A DNA stretch of 64,000 nt from positions 3,087 to 67,086 of IMG/VR virus record IMGVR_UViG_3300006737_000030. One strand, written 5' to 3'. Shown here piece after piece: positions 48,601-58,700 of this stretch; the stretch's first letter is position 1, and every line of letters starts with the position of its first letter. Made by a program: the position numbers and the translations under genes. Below the pieces are notes generated by a model, which made no database searches, was not told the DNA's origin, and saw only the letters and a program-made list of their open reading frames with translations. The stretch is from a virus.

Positions 48601-50759
48601 TCTTCACTAACAAGTGTTTCACCTGAAACAAAACGACCAGATAATGTTTTTACTACAAGACTTTTACCAGAAGAAAGAAATCCATTAGTATCACCTTCTA
48701 CTACACCATAAGCACCACTCTGTGATCCTGTAATATACTTACCTGGTGAAAAATCAGTAGTAACATTAGTATCTACTAATAATTTTGTGAAGAATACTGG
48801 GTTGAAATATGATAGATTAAATAAACCACTATAAGGTTTTTTACCACCTGCTGTTCTTCCTTTAGATATAACAATATCAGTATCACTATTAAAACCTTCT
48901 GGTTTCTTTAATAATGAAAAATCTTTTGGTTTAGCAACACCAATCAAAGGAAGAATAGTTTCATTATAATCAGAAATCCATCCTATTTCATTTTGTTCTC
49001 CATTAGCATCATTTTCAGTCTTATAAAGTCTTCTTTTCTTCGATGTAATATTATCATCATACTCAACAAAAATATTATCCAAATAATCCTTTCTACCATA
49101 AACAATTAATTGAAGACATGGAGTAGTTGCAATTTCTGGTCTAACAACTTTTGCTAAACCAATTGTCTGTACTGATGCTACATCAGCTACTCCATTAGAT
49201 GCTGTTCTAGATGTAATAAACCATATATTACGCAAATCAGGTGTAGAACCAGTTGGATTAACAATACTATCACTAGTTACAGAACTTACAATACCAGATT
49301 CTAGATATACAGTTTTAATACCATAATCCTTATCAAAACCTAATCCTCTTCTATCAATAGTCTGAATATAATCAGTATCTGCTTCAATATTATTAGAACC
49401 TACTGTACCATCATTATATGTAGAATTTAAATATACTGTTGGATATGCTGTTAGATCTGCTCCCTCTGCATTTAAAGGAAGAGTATTATAAACATTAGTA
49501 AGTGTAAAACTAGATAATCCAGTAGACCTAATAGTGACATTATCTCTAACTAAAGTATCTCTTGCTTTATCTACTTCTATATACTTCGTTTCTTTATTAA
49601 CAATCTCGTATCCACGCACGTATGCTTTACCAGGACCAACAGTTGCTATTAATTTTTCACTAGCTTCAGATGGTGTTATGTCATTTACTGTACCAGCAGC
49701 ATCCAATGAATATACACCATTATTACCATTATTATAAAATTCTCTTACATCAATATCAAATTTATCTACAACATAATCACCAGACTCATCATATGTTCTT
49801 CTAGAAAGAGTTTTTTCTAATAAAGAATAATCTGCTTGTTTAATTTGACGTTGTACAACACCGTTCTTAACAGTAAGAAGTTGTATAAAATTCTTATCTG
49901 GTGTTTCGTCATAACCATACTTAATAACTTCAAGATCTACTTTTAATCTATGTGCTCCTGGAGCAGCATAGTTTGAAGATCCGAAAGCGTTATCATATAA
50001 AGTAATATCTTCTTCTGGGGATACTAATGACTCTGTTACTTTAAATCCTACTTTAACAGATGGAGTATTGTTATATCCATCAACAACAATTAATTTAGCA
50101 TTGTTTCTTACAAAAAATCCATTAACAAAATAAACACCTTCTTCAACCTTTACTGCAGCAGCATATCCCATTGCACCACTTTCAACAAAAGTGACAGCAC
50201 CAGTATCAGGATTTGTTACAGCAACATTGGTAGGTAGAACACTACCGTCGGTTCCAACAACAAGCAAAGGAGAATTAACACCATCAACCACTTCCAGTGT
50301 TTCACCTTGTCTAAAAGTTTCTTCATCACCTGATGCACCAGCAGTTAAGTATTTGACATACAATGTATCATTATTATTATCTGTCTGTTTAGAGATAGAA
50401 AGAATAAGAGCAATTACACCAGATGATAATCCACTAACTTTCTGCCCAACTAAACCATCAATATCATATTTTTGGTATATGATTTCACCATCAACATTTA
50501 CAGCAACTTCTGAAACAGAAGAAAGCTTGACAAAATCTAGTCTCTTGTTGAGACCAACCTCACCAGGAACTACTAGATCGCCTTGTTTAAAACGATATTT
50601 ACCATAACTTTCAACTTGATTCTGAAGTATGGATTGAAGTGTGTTTAATTCTCTACCCTGAACAGGATAAGAAGGTCTAAACAGGACTTTATAAAAATCT
50701 TTACTTGAATCGTAATCGTCGAAATAAGGAGCTGCTTTAATATTAGTCTTCTGTGGCAT
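42693..50759 (-). CDS. VrlC-like / DUF4815-type large virion structural protein (2688 aa)
   Basis: MPQKTN....PYFDDY...K.FY.VLFRP..PVQ.REL..LQS.LQNQ, APGAHRL, RRTYDESGDY, RYTM.DIG.LE.RI..LEYYT.L..LE, PLAQTF, C-terminal P.I.D.R.VA. Lies after gp8 as in cyanomyoviruses. Confidence 0.85.
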   Translation of the reverse strand: MPQKTNIKAAPYFDDYDSSKDFYKVLFRPSYPVQGRELNTLQSILQNQVESYGKYRFKQGDLVVPGEVGLNKRLDFVKLSSVSEVAVNVDGEIIYQKYDIDGLVGQKVSGLSSGVIALILSISKQTDNNNDTLYVKYLTAGASGDEETFRQGETLEVVDGVNSPLLVVGTDGSVLPTNVAVTNPDTGAVTFVESGAMGYAAAVKVEEGVYFVNGFFVRNNAKLIVVDGYNNTPSVKVGFKVTESLVSPEEDITLYDNAFGSSNYAAPGAHRLKVDLEVIKYGYDETPDKNFIQLLTVKNGVVQRQIKQADYSLLEKTLSRRTYDESGDYVVDKFDIDVREFYNNGNNGVYSLDAAGTVNDITPSEASEKLIATVGPGKAYVRGYEIVNKETKYIEVDKARDTLVRDNVTIRSTGLSSFTLTNVYNTLPLNAEGADLTAYPTVYLNSTYNDGTVGSNNIEADTDYIQTIDRRGLGFDKDYGIKTVYLESGIVSSVTSDSIVNPTGSTPDLRNIWFITSRTASNGVADVASVQTIGLAKVVRPEIATTPCLQLIVYGRKDYLDNIFVEYDDNITSKKRRLYKTENDANGEQNEIGWISDYNETILPLIGVAKPKDFSLLKKPEGFNSDTDIVISKGRTAGGKKPYSGLFNLSYFNPVFFTKLLVDTNVTTDFSPGKYITGSQSGAYGVVEGDTNGFLSSGKSLVVKTLSGRFVSGETLVSEEGGLLRIARENTLSHLIVNSVGSGYSSTDKVSINGIDYESLDISIGVSGSQLYKIEINNRDAVSVEYSTPPTVSVSTGSGANITPVLFRDTVVTYGSQSVKSLYSTFGDSGKFSADIETIDANYSETKAVTEYTFSGTKGYRYLECNGFSANAAESVTQGDIIQFNDSTGRINRFVVESATIPQGTNKSRININVALPDDVLSESVVRLRPTVSGGTGSTLIFPTGSKEIDSLIKNSEDTQIKYYIRRDFVVSGTSTGGNITFVAYLGFGTQRFSEFNENDFLITVHDKGSSTSVETGDIIYISPDFVETKNIADPTSGLSSGSLTLTFPENHFGTNVANFPKLKLTATLEISKAKPKTKNSVTNKRIIITAAGDRVIPLRGIDYDSDSTESYTYSDVYKVKYIYEGSTSAPPTVDVNGNLVVGTDITHRFTFDDGQRDTFYDVSRLVLKPGFQAPTGQVVVAFDYFEHTQGDFSTVDSYVHEDGVIADNVPSFNSTVHGIVNLRNVIDFRPKVDSTAIISGFQDNSILSQTEYINFTGPGGSVSSTPASSKLLPYTVSFTESQYLDRIDGVFLNNKGNFVIKKGNSSLNPSKPEMIEDGIALYYMYIPAFTRSSKDVRIIPVDNKRYTMKDIGKLEKRIERLEYYTTLSILEQQALNMQVKDALGIDRVKSGFVVDNYESHSAGNLNSIDYKCSVDSQQSVLRPQVKEDSFKLTEIYSRDYQRDIAGYVNNNDVVTLPYTDIVYAHNAFATKIINPNPFVVIQYLGDASLNPNVDQWYDSTVAPLLTDNNTGLFSIFLKKDTTESFSSIYNSFVVNWVGVNKTFYNINPLSESNSDSVSSSVNNASVSSSSNISPQNNEIAKGVGYKTVNNITVADSLRFFARSIPVKFVLKRLKPKTQVYVFMEQRNIGRWVLSDSRFTGVAGNSLTSFNTPIITDEYGNASGILLVPAGNPPKENTTWSGDVNQVQYDDTSEEIRFSTGIKTIRFTSSSTDSDKNSVDAYAEVKFYATGILPENPASIISTAPAFFKANEGVQLIDSNTENISRPNPLAQTFKVENFEGGMFSTGVDLFFSKKSTSIPIRVYLSNVDSEKPGKYILPGSEVTLYPDTFLKVYSSGNITLTVGENITGSRSLAIGPLSKVYDRNMFEILPTSDGRISITNEQVYTFVLSNHNGTSFQENEDLTLNSVTQYNNANNATIGLKIAKDAGKVSALNVTTLGSGYEGATITVESPQLPGGSNATGSVKVSNGQLYLAEVAISGRGYTEAPAVVVRGSGSAATGAVIESEIIIDEPAVRMGIAVDTDTTVNSTIPTRFNFNYPVYLQDNTDYALNIECDTTEYEIWSSRLGETDISSGLVVNTQPLLGSVFKSQNVDNWTEDLFEDIKFTLYRAEFDISRTAELLLTNEELGYEKLAVDPAETYALANSTATSALFKNNSNIVKINHRDNGFETDGNSKVYFKGIESFAGYEVSDIENTLYTVANSGIDTYTVVGPARASTTGFGGGTNVLASYNRKYEKLYAQVPYLQTSNTKIDSYVTTTNVVPVDSSTTNYSSYSQSPKETTFLNEEQFFLNQKVVASSINETVNGIDNSLVYKIDLSSTKSHLSPLIDLRTSSVKLGSNRVENTTGTENRYGKRYQIIKLYPVYKFTVSGNSQDITTGQNVSGVNSKASSEVLRVVNNDVYVKVKNSLQFEVGEPLTFSVQSDGGNLSSDTVVITTAGIFEQVPNFVTGSTVTAYNPSNLSEKYDNKVSGKVIIWDSKTKSLTIENDKNPINSNYISPITAGSDYARTASTSDQINDIFREGELIDFEGSTLDTSKFAEVKSMAYDNGVDYVPEDGSLNTSGISKYVTKEIFIDTPATAVNVYVTANVKDIEDVKVLYKTKLLASQENFNDIDWEYFNADGGPDNKDIIATSENSISGQYEKQSSYQELRYTTDSLKDFSSFAIKIVMKTSDPSYVPKIQDMRAVASY

Positions 50760-50795
50760 TGTATTATTCTACCGTCTGGTTTAGGTTAACAAAAA

Positions 50796-52667
50796 TCAGA
50801 ATTCAATGACTAATTTAATATCCTCGATCTGATCAGCAGCTCTAGTAATTAGTCTTCTGTTTTCAATGTATATTAGGTCTCCACTATTGTTCTTTACTTC
50901 TGGTCCTGCTAGACCATCAGTAAATGTACATCCAGATAATTGTGTGCCATCTGCAAGTGCAACATCAACAGTTCCAGGAGAAGCAGATTCATCACCACTA
51001 ATGGTATTTCCTGCGTCAGAAGCAAATCCTCTAACAACACCACCATCTGTATGTGAGTCAGGTGACTGGAAATACTTCAACACTCCACTACCAGGTGTTC
51101 CTGGAGTAGGTGTAGGACTACCAGCATCTAATACCCATGATACAACCTGACCTTTGGCGGTACCACCAGTAACTGTCTGTGAAATTGTTTCATCAGGAAT
51201 AAAGTCTCCTGTAGCATTAGAAATCTTAACCGCAAATAATCCATTAAGTGTATCTGTATCAGCATAAGCACCACCTGGTTTTAGTGGATCCTTAATAATA
51301 CCAATACGACGGAAATCATTATCAACAGGGAAATCGCCAGCATTCTCAATAAATGTCAAACGAATGTTTGTCATTACTCTTTTTGCATTTAATTCAAGTT
51401 CTAAATCAGAACCATGTCCTCCTTGAGGTGAAATAACTGCTTCAATATTAGCGTTGCTTGTAGGTGTTACTGCTTGTGATGATGTTAAAGCACTATCAGT
51501 AAACAATCCAATTGCTTCTGTACTACCTGCAGTACCTTGTGGAACTCCAGTTATAATAGGTACACTACCATAAGTATATCCACTACCAACTGCATGCATA
51601 GAAACGCTATCTATAACGCCTCCAGAAATAGCAACAGCAACAATACCACCAGTACCATCCCCAACAACAGGAGCGTAGTAAGTAGCATTATTAGGTCCTA
51701 AAGCAGCACCAACATCTTTAACTAGTGCAACATCAATTGATCCATCAACTGCATTTGTTTCAGTATCAACTCTTGTTGTCTCACCAGATGCATTAATTGG
51801 CATAAAGTCTGTTGAAAGGAATGCCAATACATCATCAGTTGGAATAGTATAAAGATACTTCCAAATATAATCACCACTAGGTGATGTGAAATTACGAGTA
51901 CCAGTATCATATGTTCCTAATCCAGAAGAAGGAGTAGTCATTGGTTCATGTGTACTATCTACACCTGAAGGATTTGCTGTACTCTCGCCATTATAAAGAC
52001 ACTTAAACACTTCATACTTCTGGTTCACTGTATAGAACTTCGCATTGGCAATAGTAGTAGCACCTGTAGCAGATGTAATACCAATTTGACCACCACCTGC
52101 AGGTGTGGAAGAATAGTTAGGTTTCCACATATCAAACTTTGGATGAACCCCTGTATCCCACTTATACTTTCTAACTACTGATCTTGCATGAGATGACGAA
52201 ATTCTTTTGGCTGCTATGATATCATCATAAATATCATACTTTTCTCCTTGGTTATCTAGAGGTACAGGAGGAACATCCTCTCTAGAATAACGATAAACCC
52301 CAGATTGTGCTGTGACCCCAGTATCAGAAGCACCATCATATCCTTTAATTGTTGATCCTAATGTAGGAACAGCAGTAGGTAAAGGACCAACAGTATTTAA
52401 AATTAAACTTTGCGGTAATACCTTTAAAATTGTTGCAGTAAATGTTGCAGCACCCCAGTTAGCACCAACATATACAGATTGACCTACAGTGAAAGACCCA
52501 CCATCCACTGAAAGTATCTCTAGATATGAGTCCCACGCTTGAGGTCTACCCACAAAGAAATACATTTTCGATCTTTGTGCGTCTTGATCGTCAGTTCCTT
52601 CCGTTAAGGATTCTAGAAACTGTTTCGCATTAAAAATTCTAAACTTTTCGGAAATTATAGCGGCCAT
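50796..52667 (-). CDS. gp8: Baseplate wedge subunit gp8
   Basis: MAAII..KFRI.NA.QF, Y.F.GRP..W, VFKCL.NG, YIWKYLYTIP, PQGGHG...EL, DFRRIGII.DP, SG...YIENR..I.RA.DQ.EDIKL.IEF. Synteny gp6-gp7-gp8. Confidence 0.88.
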   Translation of the reverse strand: MAAIISEKFRIFNAKQFLESLTEGTDDQDAQRSKMYFFVGRPQAWDSYLEILSVDGGSFTVGQSVYVGANWGAATFTATILKVLPQSLILNTVGPLPTAVPTLGSTIKGYDGASDTGVTAQSGVYRYSREDVPPVPLDNQGEKYDIYDDIIAAKRISSSHARSVVRKYKWDTGVHPKFDMWKPNYSSTPAGGGQIGITSATGATTIANAKFYTVNQKYEVFKCLYNGESTANPSGVDSTHEPMTTPSSGLGTYDTGTRNFTSPSGDYIWKYLYTIPTDDVLAFLSTDFMPINASGETTRVDTETNAVDGSIDVALVKDVGAALGPNNATYYAPVVGDGTGGIVAVAISGGVIDSVSMHAVGSGYTYGSVPIITGVPQGTAGSTEAIGLFTDSALTSSQAVTPTSNANIEAVISPQGGHGSDLELELNAKRVMTNIRLTFIENAGDFPVDNDFRRIGIIKDPLKPGGAYADTDTLNGLFAVKISNATGDFIPDETISQTVTGGTAKGQVVSWVLDAGSPTPTPGTPGSGVLKYFQSPDSHTDGGVVRGFASDAGNTISGDESASPGTVDVALADGTQLSGCTFTDGLAGPEVKNNSGDLIYIENRRLITRAADQIEDIKLVIEF

Positions 52668-52700
52668 TGAAATATATCGATACGGGGTTTATTTCTGTCT

Positions 52701-52714
52701 TATTTATATTTATA
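52701..52714 (-). promoter_or_regulatory. Two overlapping late promoters TATAAATATAAATA
   Basis: Exact motifs at 52701-52708 and 52707-52714 upstream of gp8. Confidence 0.75.
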
Positions 52715-52719
52715 CTGCG

Positions 52720-55700
52720 TCAATTATACTTACCTAGTGTTCTGAAGTAATCACCAGCAAGATGATCCTCTTCAGTAGTTCCATTAACTCCTCTCGCAGT
52801 AATAACAAAACGGTCAAAGTTAACAGTTCCATCATATTCAATAACTTCTTTACCAACTAGTAATTTACCAGATGATGGGAAATTTGCAGTACTACCAGTG
52901 ATATACAGAAATGTATCACCGATATTGAATGCTTGATCTAGATTTCCACCTCTATCATGAATAGAAGGAATACCTGGATTAAACAATACACCACTTGATG
53001 TTACGGAACTATAATCAATGGTGTAGTTCTCCATCCAATTATTTGGATTTTGATTAATAGCAAGGAATGGATAAAATATCTCAAATTGTTCAATATTAAT
53101 ACCTGAAACATTAAACTCGCCGTGATCCATAAACAGATACTCCATAAATGTAGCAACTGTTGTGCCCAATTTACCCTGTGTGAATGAATCACCATTCTCT
53201 ACAGGTTGCTCAAGCATATCAACCACACCAGTTTGCTGATGCATTGTTGATTGATTCTGATAAGTTATATATGAGGTGTCAAGATTAGGTCTTAATTCTA
53301 ATCTGGATGCGGTAGATCCAGAAGAAGACATAGTTTTTGGTTCTGGTGGTTGTGGTGTTATAATTTTGGTTATAAACTGTTCATGTGCTTGGAATGTAGT
53401 ATTCCGTACAGGCATATGCCAACGATGTAATGTAACCAACAATGATATCATTGGTGAAACAAGAGAAACCTCATGATTCAAAACTTCATGTTTCCACAAG
53501 TAATCTTCGGAACTTGCTCCTGCAATATTCGCTCCTGCTAAACCATTAATAACAATTTCAACAGAAGATTCAAAAGTATCATTCTTTCTAACAATATCAT
53601 ATCCTCTAGAGATAACACATCGAGGTGCTTTCTCATAACCGCTACCACCATCAATAAGAACAATATCTAAAATCTGACCACCATGAACTAATACTTCTGC
53701 TTTTGCTCCACCACCTTTACCGTCAACTGGTATAAAGTTAATAACAGGAGGTGTATAATAATTATAAGCAGTTGGATTTAGTAAAATATTATTTTTGAAG
53801 AATAAATCAAGATCTCTCTTATTCCAAGATAAAGTATTAATAACTCCATCTTTAACTGCTGCTGTTACAGTAAATCCTTCTCCATATACATCACCATTAT
53901 ATTCAGTTGCTTTAACTTTAGCAAAGAAACTATTAGAAACAGATTCACCATCATTATATTGTTTAGATTTTGCAATTAATGGTGTACTGGTAACTTCACG
54001 CCAATCAAATTCACCATCAATTTTAATCATATCACCTTTCTTAAGTGAAGGATGTTCTTTTATTATTTCTCCTTTGTATTCATAACTATCTGATATATCA
54101 GTAGTATTCAACCAAGGAATAATATTACTCTCCATTCTATTAAGAAGTCTTTCGCCTGATGAATTGGTATTATACGAAACATTGAAAGATGTTACAGAAA
54201 GTTCTAAATCATTACCATCTCCTCTAGTAACAAATATTTTATTACCATCAATATACTCTATATTGTGGGATCTCATTACTAATTGCCATTCTGTACCAGC
54301 ATTTTTTTGAACTTCTATAAGATATCCCCAAGATTCTTTTACTCCATTAATAATTTGATAAGCACTAGTGGGAGATGAAGAATTAGGTCCATACCATGAA
54401 CTAAATTCATCATATTTTCCATCAATAGTAATAGTAGTCCTGTTATAGAATACATCTTGTTCATGGTCAAAGAAAGTTAAAGTAGGTTCGTAATCTTTAC
54501 CATAGAAATAAAGAATATTAACTTTAGCAGTTGTATATGAACCATCAGATTGCAAAGCATACTTTAAAGGTCTGTTGAATATTATACTAGGTCCAACAAT
54601 TCTATATGATTCTAAATGACGTTGTAATACACCATTAACAAAAACATAAGCATATAAAGGATCATCAAAAGTCTTGACACGATTATTTTCATCAAGAATT
54701 AAATAAGAATTTGAAGTACTAAAAGGTATTACATTTTCATCTATATGTAATCTCTCGTATGATCCTACAGTGTGACCATGAAAATACTGTTCACCCTGTA
54801 ATGAATTAGGTACTCCTTCATACAAATCTGCAAAATTCTTTGGTGCTTTCTTAAAGATCAATCTATCTGTCTTATTAGCACTAACAAATCTCCTAACAGT
54901 ATAAGTATCTTGCAGCAATATAGCATCAAGATACAATAACAAGTTTTCATTTAAATCAGTTTTGACTATAGATCCATCTTCATAATATAAATCAAAATTC
55001 TTTTGTCTTCCGTCAAATTGATCTGATATATCTTTTAATCTCTTTAGATAACGAGCGTTATTAGTATCTTCTCTAAATTTAAATGCCTTGCCATAGAATA
55101 AAACTGAAGGAACAACTACACCCTCTTCAGTTCTTTGTCCTAGTGGTGCCTCATAAAATTTTATTTGATTTCCAGTAACACGATATGTTCTTATTGGTTG
55201 TTGTACAATACCATCAAGAGATATCATTAACTCTTGTTCATTATAAGGTGTATAAGCAGATCCTGTTGCTTTATCAATAATAGTAAATTCTTGAGTACCA
55301 ACACTCTGTCCTGTATCACTATCAAAAACACCATCAAATGCTGGGGATAGAGTAATCTCTCTAACCCTAGTCATAGTCTCATCAAATGCATCAACAGATA
55401 CAGATCCGAGACCCCTTCTAACATTAATATTGGCAGAACCTATAATAGTTTCTGTAATTGTTCTAGTTACAGATGATGATGTTATTTTAGGTGTTGGGAT
55501 ACAAAGGTATGTTGTTACATTCTGAATATTCTGCTGTACAGGATTCATTCTATTAGAACCTTCCGATTCCACATAGACTTCACCAAACATCTTAAATCCA
55601 GCAGGATGTGTGGTATCTTTTAAAGCATTTCTCCACTTATCAATAGGAGTTCTGGATCTAATTACATACGAATAATCTTGATAGAAATTTGAATCAGTAA

Positions 55701-58700
55701 TTCTTTGATTTAATGAACTAACTTTTCCTCTGTCAGATGTAAATTTACCAATTCTACTTTCTCTTGTTGTTATTACTGGTTTGAATGAAGATTTTTTAAT
55801 AGAAACAATAGTAGCAGTTCCTCCACGTTGTCTATTAGTAATAGGATAACCTTCCCTAAAGACTCCATCAATTTTCTCCAATCTTAAAATGTTTATTCCT
55901 TTTTTCCAACCAGTTTTAGAAACTACACCACTTGCTACAACAACATTATTAACTTTCTGTTCTACAATCTCTCCATACTCAAAAGCATCATCATCAAATC
56001 CAGATAATACAAATGTACTTGGTGAATTGAAAGAAGGAAGTATTGATTTGTCATTATGATAATTTGAACCATACCGAACAAACCTAACACTATCTGGTTT
56101 ACCTATTTCTTCTGATTCAAAGTACAATTTATTGCTGGTTTCTATAACTTCTATGAGAGGAGTATATGTATAATCAGATCCACCATTACTAATTTCTGCT
56201 TTAACAATAGCACCATTTTTAACTAACAAATCAATAGTTAAACCACTACCATCTCCAAAAACAATTGCTTCTGGATTTACATAACCAGATCCACCATTAA
56301 GTAAATTTAATTCAGTTATTTTACCAGTAACAATATTCCTAATAGCATTAATTTGTGCTTTATTATCATTAGCAGGTACAACACCTTTTATTATAGGTAA
56401 AGTTTTATATCCAAATCCTAAATTATCTAATGTAACAGTAGCAATCTTACCAATAGACTTTCCAGTATATCTCATATCACCAGTTCCATCATATTGTGGA
56501 ACTGAATCTAAATTATAAACAAATTTATCAGGAGTTGTGTAGGTTATAGTTTTATTACCAGCAAGAGGATCTTCATTAACACTCAAATAAGATCCACCAG
56601 TATCAATATCTTCAGTAGTTAAGAAATAATAGTATGATATGAAATTAACTGCTTTTCTCTTTATATCACCAATATTAGGACCATATCCCAACCTAATTCT
56701 AATATTAGAACCAGTATTGCCAGGTTCAATTAGACTTACTTCTTTTTCTTCAGTGAATATATTATAATTTGGACTAGTTGAAATATCAAGATAAGAACCA
56801 AGCATTGAAGGATGACTAGTGTCAAACTTATAAAAATAGTACTTTTGAATCTGTAAAACTGGATTAGTTTCAAAGTTAGTGTTATCTGGAGAGAATTGTA
56901 ACTTCTCTACCTTATCAAATGCTCTAGATATAGAGACTAATTTTGCTGGTGTACTGTGATCTTCGAATGTAGAAACATCAGTAATTCTTAATGGATTTGT
57001 AGCACCTTCATTAACAAAATCAAATGCTATTAACAACTTATGTGTTTCGGTATTATATGAAATAACTCTGGGGTCATTTGCTCCAGTACCAAATATTTTA
57101 TCATTAAAAGTAAAATTATATTGAGGATCATTAAAAGTAACAGGAACACCTAATGAATGATTAACAATATCAGTATTATTATATCCTCTCTCAAAAGAAA
57201 CTTTTCTAGTATTTTGATCAATAGAAAGTATTTTAACTAATTCATTATTAATTTTTAAGATATCTCCATTAGATAATGAATAAACAGTATCTAATACAGC
57301 ATCAGTTCTTTCTTTGCCCAATCCAATACTATTAACAACCAACAATGGTATCATAGGATTAGGTGCACCAGTTATTTTTGTAACAGACGCATCAGTGATA
57401 GTTAATATATCATCTTTTCTGTATCCAGAACCTGCATCAGTAATCTCTAGAGATGATATATTATTAGTATCTCCAATAACTATTTTTACTTTTGCTTTAA
57501 CAACATCAGATCTAGATTCTGTGTAAGAACTAAATTCTAATTCTATATCAGTATATGTTCCTGCATCATAACCACTACCATATCCTATTAAACTAGATGA
57601 ACCAATACCAGTATCATTAAGTTTGCCATTATAATTTACTGGAATCAAATCCAATTCTTGGAATTTTTTACGTCTTACCCAATATGTTGATTCTGTTGTA
57701 GTTGCATCTGGATCAATTTCAATATTAACAACATCACCTTCACCCATACTGTGATTACCATCAGTTTCAAGAATAGCAATATTATCTTGAGAACCTATAA
57801 TAACAATATCTTTACTTAATTGTTTGACAAAACTTATCTCTGTCGCTGCAGTATTAGATATATCACTACTCTTTAAAATAGTTTCACCTACAGAATAATT
57901 GAGGTGATCATTAAAATCACCACTTTCAACAAGGATACGAACAGAATTTTGATTAGTTGTAGAAATTAATACTTTACCTGTAGCAAAAATATTATCTGTA
58001 TTTGCTTTTTCTACTAAAGAAATAGTAGCATCTTTTGAATATGTACTGTCTTGAGATAATAAAAGATTAACAACATTAGAACCAGAAGTGATTAATTTAT
58101 TTGAAACACTAATACCACTAGTTGATATATCTGTTTCTGATTCAAACTTACCCTGAACGTTTCTAATAACGAACGAAGTTTCTTCTGTCGTATCACGCAA
58201 TAATTCACCCGAAGCACCAGTAGATGCTTGAGTTATAATATCACCTGCAAAAGAATATAATGGTGTTACAGAAGTAAGAATAGATGCTTTTACCTCTACA
58301 GATTCTATAGATTTGACTGGTTTGCCGTATGTTGATGAAACAACCCCAGAAGCACCTTCACCCCCTGAATTAGTATCATCTACATATATCTTCGATCCAA
58401 CCCCATAAATGGGTTGTGAGTCCTCTGCAGTAACACTGGAGACAGATCCTTCAGATACATTCTCGATAATAGCAACTTCATTCTCTCCATTATTATCTGT
58501 ACCCTCAATAAACAATCTTTTTGATTCTGGGGGTATAGAATCTTGCTTAACATTATACTCGTAATTTGATGCTACAGGAACTGAATAAAAATTATTTCCT
58601 ACAATATGCGGAAAGACAGAATTGTTATCTTTATCGATAGTTATATAATATGCATAAACACCTTGTGGATACTCTGGTGTAACACAAAATCTACCATTGT

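Noticed and set aside
926-57526. Numerous 60-140 aa plus-strand ORFs antisense to structural genes
   Set aside because: These are shadow ORFs typical of the reverse complement of Gly/Thr/Ser-rich codons; they have no recognisable domains and are fully nested.
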